The position numbers and the translations under genes are program-made. Positions 1 to 11,572 of a stretch of 64,000 bases of DNA are shown here, one piece after another (positions within the stretch are counted from its first letter, which is position 1; each line of letters opens with the position of its first letter). The notes beneath the pieces are model-generated. The model saw only the letters and a list, made by a program, of their open reading frames with translations. It was not told where the DNA came from and searched no databases. The stretch is from assembly GCA_965248265.1 (NCBI GenBank), contig CBDFJF010000002.1, forward strand, positions 3,520,001-3,584,000. The letters are read 5' to 3'. The stretch is from Candidatus Latescibacterota bacterium (GTDB lineage: Bacteria; Latescibacterota; UBA2968; UBA8231).

Positions 1-133
1 AGCTAGTTATCGGCCGACCTGGCATAACGCGTAGGCAGAAAGTGACCATGCCTTCCGGCTCCGCCTTCAATTGGGACAATCAATCGATTAATTCATTGTT
101 AGAGAATAGGTTAGACAATAAGTTAGAACCAGG

Positions 134-1420
134 TCAATCCACAGGGATGACCGTCGATACCCCACAAAAGTCAGGCCGCAAAGCCGTCAGCAACGCATCT
201 TCGGCATCCTCAACGGTGATCTCGGACAGAATCGGAAGGTAGGCGAATGGTTCGCACCCCTGCCGAACGGCAGCAACGACCATTTCGGCACAATCCTGAC
301 CGTCCTCGAAACGAGTGACCAGACTGCCATACATCTTGCGAACGGCACGATCCCAGTTCTGTGTTATGAGCTCGTTCCTGGAGGCGAGTTCGATCTCGGT
401 TCGCACGCGCTCTTCCAGGATCGTTGGCTCCTGGCAATCACCGCTCACCAGACAGAAACAGTAACCAGACTCAGCCTGTACTTCCCACGAAAAACTCTCC
501 TCCTCGATCAGTCCATCGCAGTACTCAACTGTGTAAAATTCACTGGACGGGCCAAAGAGCATGTCCATCAATAACTCCAAGCTCAATTCTCTCTTCAGCA
601 AAGCCTCGCCTGCAGGTGTGCTATTGTCGTGAAAAGCCAGGGCGATTCGTGGTTCTGAGATACTCATCACATGCTGCGATCTGCCCGGTCGCGGTACAGC
701 TGGTGGGCGCAGGGTCTGGACCCCACACAACACCCCGTGTCCGTCGAGTTCGCTGACCATCGACCCGACTCGTTGCCATGTCGACTCTATCTCGAAATCG
801 CCGAAGAGAAACAGCACTGCCCGCTCGGGGCGGTAAAAGGCCTCATGACACCTGGCCAACACCTGGTGATCGATCTGCTCGATACTCTCCAAGGTTCCGG
901 CAATATCCGTGGCAATTGGATGATCGCCGTAGAGCGATTGCAAGCAAGTGAAGAAGGAAACCCAGTCCACATCATCCTGGTACAGCTCCAGTTCGCGCCT
1001 GATGATCGCGCGCTCGCGTGCGATGCCGTCTTCCGTGAAGGATGCTGGCTCAAACACAAGTTCAAACAGTAAACTGAGGGTCTGATCAAAGCCGTCGTTG
1101 CAGGATACCGAATAACCGGTTTCCGTCATCGTCGTATGGGCATCCACGGTCGCACCCAGGTCTGCGAAGCGGGTACTGATATCCCCATATCGCTTTTCGA
1201 AGATGCGATGCTCCAGGAAATGTGCTACCCCAGCCGGAGTCTCAAAACGATGAGCAGGGTCGGTTGCCAGGGCGAAGTTCCTGTCAATCGATCCATAGTC
1301 CAGGGTCAGCAGTGCGTGCCTGCGCCGGGCACTGGCACGCGGGTACAACACCAGGGTCATGCCCCCCACCGTGCCCCAATACGCCTGCTCCTCGAGCACC
1401 GGATGGAGCGCCTCCTTCAT
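134..1420 (-). CDS. M16 family zinc peptidase, YmfH-like
   Basis: Inverted zincin motif in TPAGVAHFLEHRIFEK; HPIATDIAGT; paired with an inactive M16 partner as in Bacillus ymfF-ymfH. Confidence 0.85.
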   Translation of the reverse strand: MKEALHPVLEEQAYWGTVGGMTLVLYPRASARRRHALLTLDYGSIDRNFALATDPAHRFETPAGVAHFLEHRIFEKRYGDISTRFADLGATVDAHTTMTETGYSVSCNDGFDQTLSLLFELVFEPASFTEDGIARERAIIRRELELYQDDVDWVSFFTCLQSLYGDHPIATDIAGTLESIEQIDHQVLARCHEAFYRPERAVLFLFGDFEIESTWQRVGSMVSELDGHGVLCGVQTLRPPAVPRPGRSQHVMSISEPRIALAFHDNSTPAGEALLKRELSLELLMDMLFGPSSEFYTVEYCDGLIEEESFSWEVQAESGYCFCLVSGDCQEPTILEERVRTEIELASRNELITQNWDRAVRKMYGSLVTRFEDGQDCAEMVVAAVRQGCEPFAYLPILSEITVEDAEDALLTALRPDFCGVSTVIPVD

Positions 1421-2769
1421 CGACCGTCCACCCCCTTTCTGCTACCAGAAAGAAAGTATACTGTGTCTGGGTACAGGCCTTTAGCCACCTCGCGCACGTC
1501 GTCGGCGGTCACCTCCTCTATTTGACGAGCAAGCGCCGCACGACGGATTTCTGCTTTCCCGATTCGGCGAGCGAAGTAGAAGCGCATCAACGCATCGCGG
1601 TCATCCGTCAGCGAATGCAGTCGTTGCGTAAGTTGCTTCTTTGCTCTGGCGAGTTCATCGCCACTGGGTCCGGATGAGCCGATTGCACGCCACTCATCCT
1701 CGATACGAGGACGAGCCTCCTCATAGTCGCCGGTATCGATGCCGGCTTCGATGAACATGAGGCGGCACAGCGGTTCCAGAAAAGAGCCGATGTAATAGCA
1801 CAGGCCTGCCTCCTCCCTTACCCTGCGGTGGAGCCGCGAGTGGCCGTCACTGCCCAACACATTGTTCAATACGACAAGCGCAGGAAAAGCAGCGTCTGCC
1901 AGGCCGGTCGAAGTGCGCAAACCGAACACCAGCCGCCCCTGTGACACCTCGTCCGTGTCGACGATTTCGCGAAGACGAGAAGGAAGATGCGGTTCCGCAT
2001 CAAAACCGGGTTCTGTGTCCACGTGAAGCCGCTTGGGAGATGACGCGAAGCGCCGCTCGAATTGAGTCACGGTTTCGGCATCGATCTGGTGCCGACTGCT
2101 GAAAAAGATGTCCAGGGGTCTCGACGTCAGCAGGTGTTGGTGACACTGCCATAAGCTCCGTCCATCTATGGAGTGCAGATCTCGCAGGTCGCCGAGTGCG
2201 AACAAGCCGTAGGGCTCTTGCCCGCACATCTCCTGTACGCAACGGCGCTGGGCGTAAGCGGACTTGTCATTCAAGAGGCTGCCAATCTGTCTGTCCAGGG
2301 CTCGCTTCTCCCGCTCCACCATGCCCGAAGGGAACTCCTCTTCGTTTTCTCGATAAGGGTCGAACAGAACGTCGCGCAGCAAGTCCAGCCCCGGACTGAG
2401 CAGATCCTCTCCGCGGTCGGGCAGGAAGGCGGAGTCCAGGACCTCGAGGCCCAGATGGATAGCTTGGACATCGCCGAACTGATCGATCTCACTGACGTAA
2501 GCCGCACCGAAGAGACCATCGGCAAACTGATTGATGGCGCGCATCGTAGGCAGGGAGTTGGTACCTCGCTCGAGGATGCGTGACAGCAGAGCCAGCTTCG
2601 TGTTCTGTACTGGTCGCAGTCTATCGTGAAGAAAAATGTCGACGCGCGACGCCATGAAATGGGGAGCATGGTGTGCGTGCAGGTACACATGATCCGCGAG
2701 TCGAATCGACTGGTAGTCAACTTCGGCGGTGCTATCGGTGCTGCTTTGCCCCTGATGCGATCCGTACAT
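1417..2769 (-). CDS. M16 family inactive-type subunit, YmfF-like
   Basis: No HxxEH; M16 C-domain motif LNNVLG..HSRLHRRVREEAGLCYYIGS; stop overlaps the start of the ymfH-like gene. Confidence 0.8.
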   Translation of the reverse strand: MYGSHQGQSSTDSTAEVDYQSIRLADHVYLHAHHAPHFMASRVDIFLHDRLRPVQNTKLALLSRILERGTNSLPTMRAINQFADGLFGAAYVSEIDQFGDVQAIHLGLEVLDSAFLPDRGEDLLSPGLDLLRDVLFDPYRENEEEFPSGMVEREKRALDRQIGSLLNDKSAYAQRRCVQEMCGQEPYGLFALGDLRDLHSIDGRSLWQCHQHLLTSRPLDIFFSSRHQIDAETVTQFERRFASSPKRLHVDTEPGFDAEPHLPSRLREIVDTDEVSQGRLVFGLRTSTGLADAAFPALVVLNNVLGSDGHSRLHRRVREEAGLCYYIGSFLEPLCRLMFIEAGIDTGDYEEARPRIEDEWRAIGSSGPSGDELARAKKQLTQRLHSLTDDRDALMRFYFARRIGKAEIRRAALARQIEEVTADDVREVAKGLYPDTVYFLSGSRKGVDGR

Positions 2770-2789
2770 AGGTTCAGATAAAGAAAGAA

Positions 2790-3554
2790 GTGACAGCTCT
2801 GGACAACATCACAGTCGTACTCGTAGAGCCAGCAACACCAGCGAATGTCGGAGCGGTAGCCCGTGTGATGAAGAACACGGGGATCACCAGACTGGCGCTC
2901 GTGAACCCGGCCCAATGGGACACTCCGGAGGCGCGATGGACGGCCCATGCCTCCGGCGAAATCCTCGACCAATGCGTGCTCTACGACGATCTGAAATCAG
3001 CGGTCGCAGGGGCGCATTTCGTGCTGGGGACGACCCACCGACATGGGCGGTTCCGCAAGGTCACCCCAGACTATCGCACCGTCCTCGCCGAGGCGGCCGC
3101 GATAGCGCAATCCCACGAGGTGGCGCTCGTATTCGGGCGCGAGAAGGATGGCCTGTGGCGGCGGGAGCTGACATGTTGCCACCAACTCGTCACCGTGCCA
3201 TCGGCGGTCCCCTACCCTTCGTACAATCTTTCGCACGCGGTGTTGCTGATCGTCCATGAACTCTTTCTCGCCAGCTCACTGAAACACGGCACCATGGACT
3301 CGAACCTCCGTGAAGAATTGTCAGCGCCGCTCGCCAACGCAGCCGAAGTTGAATCCGTCCACGATCAGGTCGTCAATGCCATGCGTTTGATCGGGTTCCG
3401 GCCCTACAACGATGATCCGTCCAATTTCAGCCGCGTGCTGAAGCGTTTTCTGACCCGGACCCCATTGGAGCGCCGTGATGCTATGGTCATTCACCGGATC
3501 TGCGGACAGATTCGCAAGTTCGCCGCTCGCTCCACCGGTGACGATCACGCCTGA
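2790..3554 (+). CDS. trmJ: SPOUT tRNA/rRNA methyltransferase, TrmJ/LasT family
   Basis: VVLVEP..PANVGAVARVMKN, ALVFGREKDGL, YPSYNLSHAV motifs. Confidence 0.85.
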   Translation: MTALDNITVVLVEPATPANVGAVARVMKNTGITRLALVNPAQWDTPEARWTAHASGEILDQCVLYDDLKSAVAGAHFVLGTTHRHGRFRKVTPDYRTVLAEAAAIAQSHEVALVFGREKDGLWRRELTCCHQLVTVPSAVPYPSYNLSHAVLLIVHELFLASSLKHGTMDSNLREELSAPLANAAEVESVHDQVVNAMRLIGFRPYNDDPSNFSRVLKRFLTRTPLERRDAMVIHRICGQIRKFAARSTGDDHA

Positions 3555-3566
3555 TCGAGCACTGAG

Positions 3567-4559
3567 TCAACCGCCCAGTGCCTGCATGTCGTGATCTACC
3601 ATGGCATGGACGAGCTCTTCAAAATCGACCTGAGGCTCCCAACCCAGCACCCGGCGAGCCTTGCTCGGATCTCCGCGCATGACCGCCTTTTCGGGGGACC
3701 GCTTCAGTGATTCATCGACGACAACATGCTCTCGCCAATCGAGATCGACGCGCTCAAAAGCCGTCCGGCAGAAATCGCGGATGCTGCGGTCGACTCCTGT
3801 GGCGATGACGAAGTCATAGGGCTCCTCTTGCTGCAACATTAGCCACATCGCGCGTACATAGTCTCCGGCGTAGCCCCAGTCTCGCCTCGCATCCAGGTCG
3901 CCCAAGTTGAGTTCGTGAGACAACCCCAGCTTGATGCGGGCGACGCCGTTGGTGATCTTGCGCGACACGAATTCCAAACCGCGGCGCGGTGACTCGTGGT
4001 TGAAGAGAATGCCTGCACAAGCGTAGAGTCCGTAGTGCTCGCGATAGGTGATGGTCATATCGTGGGCGTAGGCTTTGCACACGCCGTACGGAGTCCGAGG
4101 GTTGAGGGGAGTTTGCTCGTCCTGAGGAGATGTCGACACCCTACCGAACATGGTACTGGTGCTGGCCTGGTAGAATCTAATGCCATCGTCGATGCTGCGA
4201 ATCGCTTCAAGTAGCCTTGTCACTCCCAGCGCGGTGACCTCGCTGGTGAGCAGGGGCTGCTCCCACGATGCCGGCACGAATGACTGAGCAGCCAGATTAT
4301 ATATTTCGTGTGGCCGGGCGTCCTCGATGGCCGTTTGCAGTGAATTCTGATCCAGCAGGTCGGCGGAAAGCATCTGCAACTTCCCCTGCAGATGCTCGAT
4401 GCGCTCCAGATTCGCCGTGCTGGTACGTCGAACCAGGGCGTACACCTGATACCCCTTGGACACCAGGAATTCAGCCAGGTAGGATCCATCCTGGCCCGTG
4501 ACACCGGTAACGAGCGCTCTCCTTGTGCCGCCGTCCATGTTGGGGGTCTTCCGCTTCAA
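3567..4559 (-). CDS. gmd: GDP-mannose 4,6-dehydratase
   Basis: [45 protein letters not shown]. Confidence 0.95.
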   Translation of the reverse strand: MKRKTPNMDGGTRRALVTGVTGQDGSYLAEFLVSKGYQVYALVRRTSTANLERIEHLQGKLQMLSADLLDQNSLQTAIEDARPHEIYNLAAQSFVPASWEQPLLTSEVTALGVTRLLEAIRSIDDGIRFYQASTSTMFGRVSTSPQDEQTPLNPRTPYGVCKAYAHDMTITYREHYGLYACAGILFNHESPRRGLEFVSRKITNGVARIKLGLSHELNLGDLDARRDWGYAGDYVRAMWLMLQQEEPYDFVIATGVDRSIRDFCRTAFERVDLDWREHVVVDESLKRSPEKAVMRGDPSKARRVLGWEPQVDFEELVHAMVDHDMQALGG

Positions 4560-7453
4560 GCGCCGGACTCAGGAGAATAGGAATCCATCGGCGGACAGGT
4601 GCACATCAAATTGCGGTCGCCGGCGGCGTTGTCCACCCGGGCCACGTGTGGCCAGAATTTGTGCTCGGACAGCCACGGCGCCGGCATCACGGCCTTCTCG
4701 CGAGAGTACGGGTGAGACCAATTCGCACTCAGCACCTCCGCCAGGCAGTGCGGAGCATTCTTGAGAACGTTGTCCTTTGGATCCGACTCCGCACGCTCTA
4801 TCTCCGCAATCTCGTTCCTGATCGCGATCATCACATCACAGAACCGATCCAGCTCCTTCTGTGACTCGCTCTCCGTGGGTTCCACCATCATCGTGCCGGC
4901 GACCGGAAAGTGGACGGTCGGGGCGTGAAAACCGTAGTCCATCAATCGCTTGGCGACATCGTCGACGTCCAGGCCCACATCCTTGAAGGCCCGCAAATCC
5001 AGAATCGCTTCGTGGGCGACAAGACCGTTCCTGCCTGTATAAAGGACCGGGAAGTGATCCTTCAAGCGATGCGCCACATAATTGGCGTTCAGCAAGGCCA
5101 CGGCCGTTGCCTTCTGTAATCCAGCGCCGCCCATTAACCGTATATAAGCCCAGGAGATCAACAGGATGAGAGCGCTGCCCCAAGGAGCGGAAGAGACGGG
5201 GCCCCCGGCGGAGTCTACTTCCTGGCAGGGGTGTCCGGGCAACCAATCGGCCAGGTGAGGGGCCACCGCGATAGGCCCCATTCCCGGTCCGCCCCCACCG
5301 TGCGGAATGCAAAAGGTCTTGTGCAGGTTGAGGTGGCACACATCGATGCCGATATCCCGAGGCCGGCACACGCCAACCAGGGCATTCATGTTGGCGCCAT
5401 CCATATAGACCTGTCCACCGTGATCGTGGACGATGGCACAAATGTTGGTGATCTCCTCCTCGAAGACACCGTGTGTGGACGGATAGGTCACCATCAACGC
5501 CGCAAGCTCTTCCCGGTGTGAGGCCGCCTTCGCCCGCAGGTCCTCGACATCGATATTACCGGCCTCATCGCATGACACGACCACGACCCGGAGACCCGCC
5601 ATGACCGCGCTGGCCGGGTTGGTCCCATGGGCCGAAGACGGCACCAGACAGACCTGGCGCCGGGCATCTCCCCTGGACTCGTGGTACCTGGTGATGGACA
5701 GCAGGCCGGAATACTCGCCCTGCGCTCCGGAGTTTGGCTGTAGCGACACGGCAGCCATACCAGTGATCTCCACGAGCATGTCAGTTAGCTCAGATACAAT
5801 CTGCTGGTAGCCCTCCATCTGTTCTATTGGTGCGAAGGGGTGGGTACCGCTGAACTCCGGCCACGTGATCGGCATCATCTCGGCGGTAGCATTCAGTTTC
5901 ATGGTGCATGATCCAAGCGGAATCATCGATGTCGTCAGCGATAGGTCGCGAGCATCCAGCCGCCGCATGTAGCGGAGGATCTCGGTTTCGGAGTGATAGC
6001 TGTTGAAGACGGCGTGTTCGAGATAACTCGTAGTCCGGTTCCAGGCGCTCGGCCAGACAGCACTGCCAGTCGAGGCAGCGCCGGCTTCGGGGATATCGAG
6101 GATCTGCAGGAGTTGCATGAGCTCGCCTGTATCCGTCGTTTCGTCCAGACTGATGGCAATGCGGTTCGTATTTCCCTCTAGGCGCCGCAGATTTACCTTG
6201 GCCGCAAGCGCTCGGCCAGCTATGGCGGCCAGCCCACCCTCGTCAGCTTCGATGCAAACCGTATCGAAGTATGCATCGTGTACAAGCTGGAGGGTGTTGC
6301 TCTGTGCCACACTACGTCCGATCACTGCCGCTTTCTGTGCCACTGCGGTCCCAATCTGACGCAGCCCCTGAGGGCCATGATAGACGGCGTACATGCTGGC
6401 GACGACGGCCGGCAACACCTCCGCGGTGCAGATGTTACTTGTTGCGCGTTCACGGCGAATGTGTTGCTCTCTGGTCTGCAGAGCCATGCGCAAGGCCCGC
6501 TTGCCCAGGGCGTCGCTGGAGACCCCGATGATGCGTCCGGGAACGTGGCGGGCGAATTCCGTTCGAGTGGCGAAGTAGGCTGCATGAGGTCCTCCGCAGC
6601 CAATCGGCATGCCGAAGCGCTGCGTGCTCCCGATAGCCACGTCCGCGCCGAACTCCCCTGGCGGCGTGAGCAGGGTCAGGGCCAACAGATCTGCAGCCAC
6701 GGCGACCGTCATGCTGGAAGCATGTGCCCGTTCGCAAAATGCGGAGTAGTCGCAGAGCTGGCCGTCGGTGGCAGGATATTGAAGAAGTGCACCGAAACAG
6801 GAATCGGCTTCTTCCCTCTCAAGGTTCTCGAAGTCGGAGACGATGATTTCCAGTCCGCGTGAGCGCGCTCTTGTACGCACCACTTGGATTGTCTGTGGGT
6901 GGCAGCTCTGGGAGACGAAGAAGCGCTCCCTTCTCGGTGATGACTTGCTCTTGGCCTGAATGGCGTACATCATGGCCATGGCCTCGGCAGCGGCCGTTGC
7001 TTCGTCCAGCAAAGAGGCGTTGGCGACCTCCATCCCGGTGAGATCGGCGACCATCGTCTGAAAATTGAGGAGCGCTTCGAGCCGTCCCTGCGCGATTTCC
7101 GCCTGGTAGGGTGTGTACTGAGTGTACCATGCCGGATTCTCGAGGATATTGCGCTGGATAACCGGAGGGGTGAAACACTCGGAATATCCCATGCCGATGT
7201 AAGAGCGAAATGGCTGATTCCGCGCCCCGATCTGACGCAATTCCCGAAGCAATTCGAACTCGCTCCTTCCACCCTGTAGTTTCAGTGGGCTGCCCGAGCG
7301 GATCGACTCGGGAACCGCCCTGTCGATGAGTTGTTCGAGTCCCTCCATGCCCAGGGATGTGAGCATGTCGTCGATTTCGGTTGCCCGGGGTCCAATATGC
7401 CGGTCTGCGAAGGAAAGCATGTTGGCAGGAGTGCGCTCGGTGGGGGGGGACAT
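4556..7453 (-). CDS. gcvP: glycine dehydrogenase (glycine cleavage P protein, single chain)
   Basis: [29 protein letters not shown] lysine motif [18 protein letters not shown]. Confidence 0.97.
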   Translation of the reverse strand: MSPPTERTPANMLSFADRHIGPRATEIDDMLTSLGMEGLEQLIDRAVPESIRSGSPLKLQGGRSEFELLRELRQIGARNQPFRSYIGMGYSECFTPPVIQRNILENPAWYTQYTPYQAEIAQGRLEALLNFQTMVADLTGMEVANASLLDEATAAAEAMAMMYAIQAKSKSSPRRERFFVSQSCHPQTIQVVRTRARSRGLEIIVSDFENLEREEADSCFGALLQYPATDGQLCDYSAFCERAHASSMTVAVAADLLALTLLTPPGEFGADVAIGSTQRFGMPIGCGGPHAAYFATRTEFARHVPGRIIGVSSDALGKRALRMALQTREQHIRRERATSNICTAEVLPAVVASMYAVYHGPQGLRQIGTAVAQKAAVIGRSVAQSNTLQLVHDAYFDTVCIEADEGGLAAIAGRALAAKVNLRRLEGNTNRIAISLDETTDTGELMQLLQILDIPEAGAASTGSAVWPSAWNRTTSYLEHAVFNSYHSETEILRYMRRLDARDLSLTTSMIPLGSCTMKLNATAEMMPITWPEFSGTHPFAPIEQMEGYQQIVSELTDMLVEITGMAAVSLQPNSGAQGEYSGLLSITRYHESRGDARRQVCLVPSSAHGTNPASAVMAGLRVVVVSCDEAGNIDVEDLRAKAASHREELAALMVTYPSTHGVFEEEITNICAIVHDHGGQVYMDGANMNALVGVCRPRDIGIDVCHLNLHKTFCIPHGGGGPGMGPIAVAPHLADWLPGHPCQEVDSAGGPVSSAPWGSALILLISWAYIRLMGGAGLQKATAVALLNANYVAHRLKDHFPVLYTGRNGLVAHEAILDLRAFKDVGLDVDDVAKRLMDYGFHAPTVHFPVAGTMMVEPTESESQKELDRFCDVMIAIRNEIAEIERAESDPKDNVLKNAPHCLAEVLSANWSHPYSREKAVMPAPWLSEHKFWPHVARVDNAAGDRNLMCTCPPMDSYSPESGA

Positions 7454-7459
7454 TGCTGC

Positions 7460-8596
7460 TTAGGCTTTCTTTCTGGTCTTGACGTTCGATCGGACGAATG
7501 GCGGCTTTACAATATCCGCTTCGTGCAACTTTCCTCTGATATCCACGGCGAGGATCTGGTCTGCTTCAAGCTTGTCGTTGAGCACAAAGGCGAGAGCGAT
7601 TCCCTTTTGTAACGTCGGCGAGAACGTGCCACTTGTCACCTGTCCGACCTCGTCACCACAGACCAGGATGCGACATCCCGGTCGTGGGATCGCTCGCTGC
7701 TTCAACATGAGTCCGGTCAGGCGCCGCGCGGTACCTTCCTCTGTTGCTGCTCGCAGCGCATCCTTGCCGGGAAAATCGGACGCCTTGCCCAGGTCCATGG
7801 TCCATTTCAAGCCAGCTTCGACGGGTGAAATATCCTCGGCCAACTCGTGCCCGTACAGACAATACCCCATTTCTGTCCTCAGGGTGTCGCGAGCGCCTAA
7901 GCCACAGGGAATGGCGCCGGCAGCGATTACATCATCCCAGAGTGCGGCCGCGGCTGTATGCTCGGTCACAATCTCGAAGCCATCCTCGCCGGTGTACCCA
8001 CTTCGACTGATGAGTACGGTGTTGCCAGCATGGTCGAGCTGCCGGCAGCGGAAATAGCCAAGCTCGTCCAGGTCGACAGCGCCCAGTACGTTTCGCGTGA
8101 TTTCCAGCGCACGGGGGCCCTGGACGGCCAGCATACCGGTTTCAAGCGTACGATCCTCGATGCGGAGCCCGGGGTGTCCAGCTGCGAGGGTCAGGATAAC
8201 ATCGGTGTCCTCAACCACCCGCGATGCGTTCACGACCAGCACGTAGTCGTCTTCCTGTAACTTGCTGACAGCGAGATCATCGACCACGCCTCCGGATTCC
8301 GTACACAATACCGCGTAAGCCATCTGGCCAGATCGTAGTTTGGACAGGTCGCGCGGCAGCAACTCGTCGAGGAAGGACATGCTCCTAGGCCCTTTGACAG
8401 ATAATCGTCCCATGTGGGACACATCAAAAAGGCCGCAGCCCTCCCGGACGGCAGCATGTTCCTCGTTTATTCCGGCGTACGAAATGGGCATCTCCCAGCC
8501 CGCGAAAGGGGCCATGCGTGCGCCGGCAGCGATGTGCCGCTCGTACAAAGGCGTATGTCTCAATGAAGCTGATGTCTGTTTCGCGGAATCCGGCAT
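7460..8596 (-). CDS. gcvT: glycine cleavage T protein (aminomethyltransferase)
   Basis: FAGWEMP, LFDVSHMG, SRSGYTGEDGFE, GLGARDTLRTEMG; start placed at ATG 8596 just after the coaE stop. Confidence 0.95.
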   Translation of the reverse strand: MPDSAKQTSASLRHTPLYERHIAAGARMAPFAGWEMPISYAGINEEHAAVREGCGLFDVSHMGRLSVKGPRSMSFLDELLPRDLSKLRSGQMAYAVLCTESGGVVDDLAVSKLQEDDYVLVVNASRVVEDTDVILTLAAGHPGLRIEDRTLETGMLAVQGPRALEITRNVLGAVDLDELGYFRCRQLDHAGNTVLISRSGYTGEDGFEIVTEHTAAAALWDDVIAAGAIPCGLGARDTLRTEMGYCLYGHELAEDISPVEAGLKWTMDLGKASDFPGKDALRAATEEGTARRLTGLMLKQRAIPRPGCRILVCGDEVGQVTSGTFSPTLQKGIALAFVLNDKLEADQILAVDIRGKLHEADIVKPPFVRSNVKTRKKA

Positions 8597-8598
8597 GC

Positions 8599-9249
8599 TC
8601 AGTTCCGGGTTGATTCGGCTGAATCCGCGCTCATTCGCAGACGCAGCTGCTCCAGATCCAGCCACAGCGCATCAGCACGGTCCCTGAACGCCTTCGTGTC
8701 GCCGTCGTTGTGAACGACAAAGTCAGCCACCGCGAGCTTGTCCTCCACCGAACCTTGTGCTTTGAGGCGTCGCAGGATTTCGTCGCGACCGAGACCGCGG
8801 TTGGATTCGAGCCATCTGATCACAGACTCTTCCTCTTCGACGGTGACGACGACGATGGTATCGAAGCGGCTCTGCATCCCCCACTCGACCAACAAGGCGG
8901 CGTCGACGACGACGATTTCGTCTGACGTACCCCTTGCATGCTCGACACGCTTCCACAATTCGGTGTTCAAGGGTTCGCCTACAATTTGATTGAGAGAAGA
9001 AACGCCCGCAGCATCTTGGAAAGCCAGGGTTGCCAGAGCACGCCGATCCACCTTGCCGTCCTCGCCGATAACCTCCGTTCCAAAGGCTTGCTCGAGGCCG
9101 CGTTTAACCACGGGCCGTTCGAGCATTTCATGGCCGAGCTGATCGGCGTCAACTACTCGAGCGCCATGGCAGCGGAGGTGGCCGGCAAGCGTGGTCTTAC
9201 CTGCTCCCATCTGTCCTGTGAGGCCTACCAGCATGATAGTCTGCTTCAA
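8599..9249 (-). CDS. coaE: dephospho-CoA kinase
   Basis: VGLTGQMGAGKTT P-loop, VVDAD, DRRALA, VVDAALLVE. Confidence 0.92.
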   Translation of the reverse strand: MKQTIMLVGLTGQMGAGKTTLAGHLRCHGARVVDADQLGHEMLERPVVKRGLEQAFGTEVIGEDGKVDRRALATLAFQDAAGVSSLNQIVGEPLNTELWKRVEHARGTSDEIVVVDAALLVEWGMQSRFDTIVVVTVEEEESVIRWLESNRGLGRDEILRRLKAQGSVEDKLAVADFVVHNDGDTKAFRDRADALWLDLEQLRLRMSADSAESTRN

Positions 9250-9384
9250 TCCGGAGGCAGTAAAGCTCTCTGTCTTGTGGTCCGGATTCCAGCGATCTGC
9301 GAGGTGTCACTTATCGGTGCTGACTGGACCAGACGTCGGGGAGGACTCCTCAAGAGCCCCATCACAGAGGTTGGCAGGTAGTGG

Positions 9385-10242
9385 CTATCGACTTCCTTGC
9401 AGGTACTTGAAGAAATCGGTGTCTAGCGGCTGCACCAGAACCGTGTTTTCGTCCAGGGATTTCTCGTAAGCTTCCAGGGTTCTCGTAAACTCGAAAAACT
9501 TTCCCGCGTTCTTGTACGCGGCTGCGTAGATCCGCAAGGCTTCTGCGTCACCTTCACCGCGGGTGCGCTGCGCCGTCTCATACGCCTCCGCGGCGATGGT
9601 GGCAGATTGAAGATCAGTCTCCGCCCTGATCTTTAGCGCTTCCTCTTCGCCTTCCGAGCGGTAGGTTTTGGCTTCGCGAGCACGCTCGGCGCGCATGCGG
9701 TTGAACACGGCCGTTTCGTTCTCGGGAGGAAGGTCAGCTCGTTTTACCCGAACATCGACAACTTCGATCCCGAACTGCCGGGCCGCTTCGTCGGAGCGCT
9801 CGGTCACCAGCTGCATGATAGCGGCTCTGTTCGTGGACACGACATCGACGAGATCGTGCTGACCCAGTTCTTTGCGAAGCTCGGAGTAGACGATGTCGTC
9901 GAGTCGAGCCAGGGCTTCCTGTTCGGTGCGCAACGCCTGCATGAACAGCAACGGATCGACGATGCGCCAGCGGGCGTAATTGTCGAGGATGAGGATCTTC
10001 TTGTCATTGGTGTAGATGGCGTTGGCGTCGGCGTCGTAGTCAAGCATGCGCTTGTCGAAGATGTTCACTTTTTGAATCGGATCAGGCATTTTCCAATACA
10101 GACCGGGCTCAGTAATCGTTCTCACGTGCTCACCGAACTGGGTCACGACGACTTGGGTGTATTCCAGTACTTTGAAGAACACGAGGTTGGCCGCGAACAC
10201 GACAGCGAAGAAGGCTATTAACAGACCGATGACGCCGCGCAT
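9385..10242 (-). CDS. hflC: FtsH protease modulator HflC
   Basis: N-terminal TM plus SPFH domain; DVRVKRADLP, RMRAERAREA, RGEGDAEA. Confidence 0.93.
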   Translation of the reverse strand: MRGVIGLLIAFFAVVFAANLVFFKVLEYTQVVVTQFGEHVRTITEPGLYWKMPDPIQKVNIFDKRMLDYDADANAIYTNDKKILILDNYARWRIVDPLLFMQALRTEQEALARLDDIVYSELRKELGQHDLVDVVSTNRAAIMQLVTERSDEAARQFGIEVVDVRVKRADLPPENETAVFNRMRAERAREAKTYRSEGEEEALKIRAETDLQSATIAAEAYETAQRTRGEGDAEALRIYAAAYKNAGKFFEFTRTLEAYEKSLDENTVLVQPLDTDFFKYLQGSR

Positions 10243-11252
10243 TACTTCACCTCTTTCCCGCTTCGGTTGACGCCTTCGAGATTCAGGATATTGAGCAGAT
10301 TGCCCTTGGCGTCACTCTTGATGATGTATTTTTTGAGGCGAGGAAGAATCGATTCCATCGTCTCCAGGTAGAGTCGGGTTTCCGTCACGTCCGGTGCCTT
10401 CTTGTACTCTTCATACACTGCGCGGAAACGATCCGCGTCACCCTGCGCCCGGCGAACACGTTCGACCTTGTAGGCCTCCGCTTCCTTGATCATCTTCTGC
10501 GCCTCACCCCTGGCCTTGGGAATGATGTCGTTCTGGTAGCCCCTGGCTTCGTTGATGCGGCGCTCTCGATCCTCCTTGGCGCTGGCTACATCCTTGAACG
10601 CGTCGTCCACCTGTTGCGGGGGGCCTACCGTCTGCAGTTGCACTGATTCCACCTTGAGACCGCATTTGTACTTGTTCAACGTTTCTTGGAGCTGCTCCTT
10701 GATCTGGGCCTGGATGGTCACTTTGCCCTCGGTCAGGGCTTCATCGATGGGATGTCGACCGATAACCTGTCTGAGTGCGGTTTCGCTGGCATCGTGAATG
10801 AGGGGTTCTCTTCCCCTTCCGCGCCGCTCGAACACGCCTAGATCTCTCACGCTGAAGAGCGCATCAACGATGCTGCTGACCCGGTACTGAACCACCATTT
10901 CAACATCGATTATGTTCAGCCCCCCGGTAAGCATGAGCGCCTCGTTCGGCATTTTACGGTACTGCGCCGGTGGTCCGGGGTCCCTGGTGCGGAAGCCGAT
11001 CTCCTCGCGGTACACGTTCGTCACCGACTGGATCGATACCATGTCGATCGGGCTGGGCAGATGGTAGTGCAGTCCAGGATCAACGACTTCGAGGAGCTTA
11101 CCGAAGCGCAATACTACTGCCTGCTCATCCTGGGCGACGGTGTAAATGCCGCTTGCCAGCCATAGCACGACGAGCAATCCGAGGATCAGGTACACCGTCT
11201 TCGGATTCATTTTCACAGGAATCTGGCGGGGGAAATCGAATTGCTGTGGCAT
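10242..11252 (-). CDS. hflK: FtsH protease modulator HflK
   Basis: SGIYTV..EQAVVLRFGK, PGLHYHLP, PPQQVDDAFKDV, RLYLETME; start at ATG 11252 because a promoter lies inside the longer ORF call. Confidence 0.93.
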   Translation of the reverse strand: MPQQFDFPRQIPVKMNPKTVYLILGLLVVLWLASGIYTVAQDEQAVVLRFGKLLEVVDPGLHYHLPSPIDMVSIQSVTNVYREEIGFRTRDPGPPAQYRKMPNEALMLTGGLNIIDVEMVVQYRVSSIVDALFSVRDLGVFERRGRGREPLIHDASETALRQVIGRHPIDEALTEGKVTIQAQIKEQLQETLNKYKCGLKVESVQLQTVGPPQQVDDAFKDVASAKEDRERRINEARGYQNDIIPKARGEAQKMIKEAEAYKVERVRRAQGDADRFRAVYEEYKKAPDVTETRLYLETMESILPRLKKYIIKSDAKGNLLNILNLEGVNRSGKEVK

Positions 11253-11363
11253 GGCGAGGCCTTGTCTGGTGGCGAACTCAGGGTTGAGCTTCTTTGAACC
11301 GGGCTTCCGCGCAGGCGCGAGCTTGCGGCCACGCCCTGACGGACATGATCTTTGTTCGAGCGA

Positions 11364-11392
11364 AATGTAGCATTGAGGAAAACCGGTGTCAA
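11364..11392 (-). promoter_or_regulatory. sigma70 promoter of the hflKC(-coaE-gcv) transcript
   Basis: Minus strand TTGACA-N17-TACATT with TGn extension. Confidence 0.65.
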
Positions 11393-11467
11393 CGAGCGCC
11401 ACAAGCGAAAGCAACCAGAGAAGGTCACTGATCCATCCTTCGAAGGTTCTTTGTTTGGCGGCAGATG

Positions 11468-11496
11468 TTGACAGCCATAGAGGCGGATGATATTGT
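11468..11496 (+). promoter_or_regulatory. sigma70 promoter of clpP
   Basis: TTGACA-N17-TATTGT with TGn extension; divergent from the hflK promoter. Confidence 0.6.
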
Positions 11497-11572
11497 CTCT
11501 GGACGCCGCTCCGTGACGGCGTCGAAGTTCCCGCGACCACCCTTCACCCCCACACAAGCACAGACTCGGACC

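Noticed and set aside
4556-8596. Missing gcvH in the gcvT-gcvP cluster
   Set aside because: gcvH is often encoded elsewhere, so this is not informative from one window
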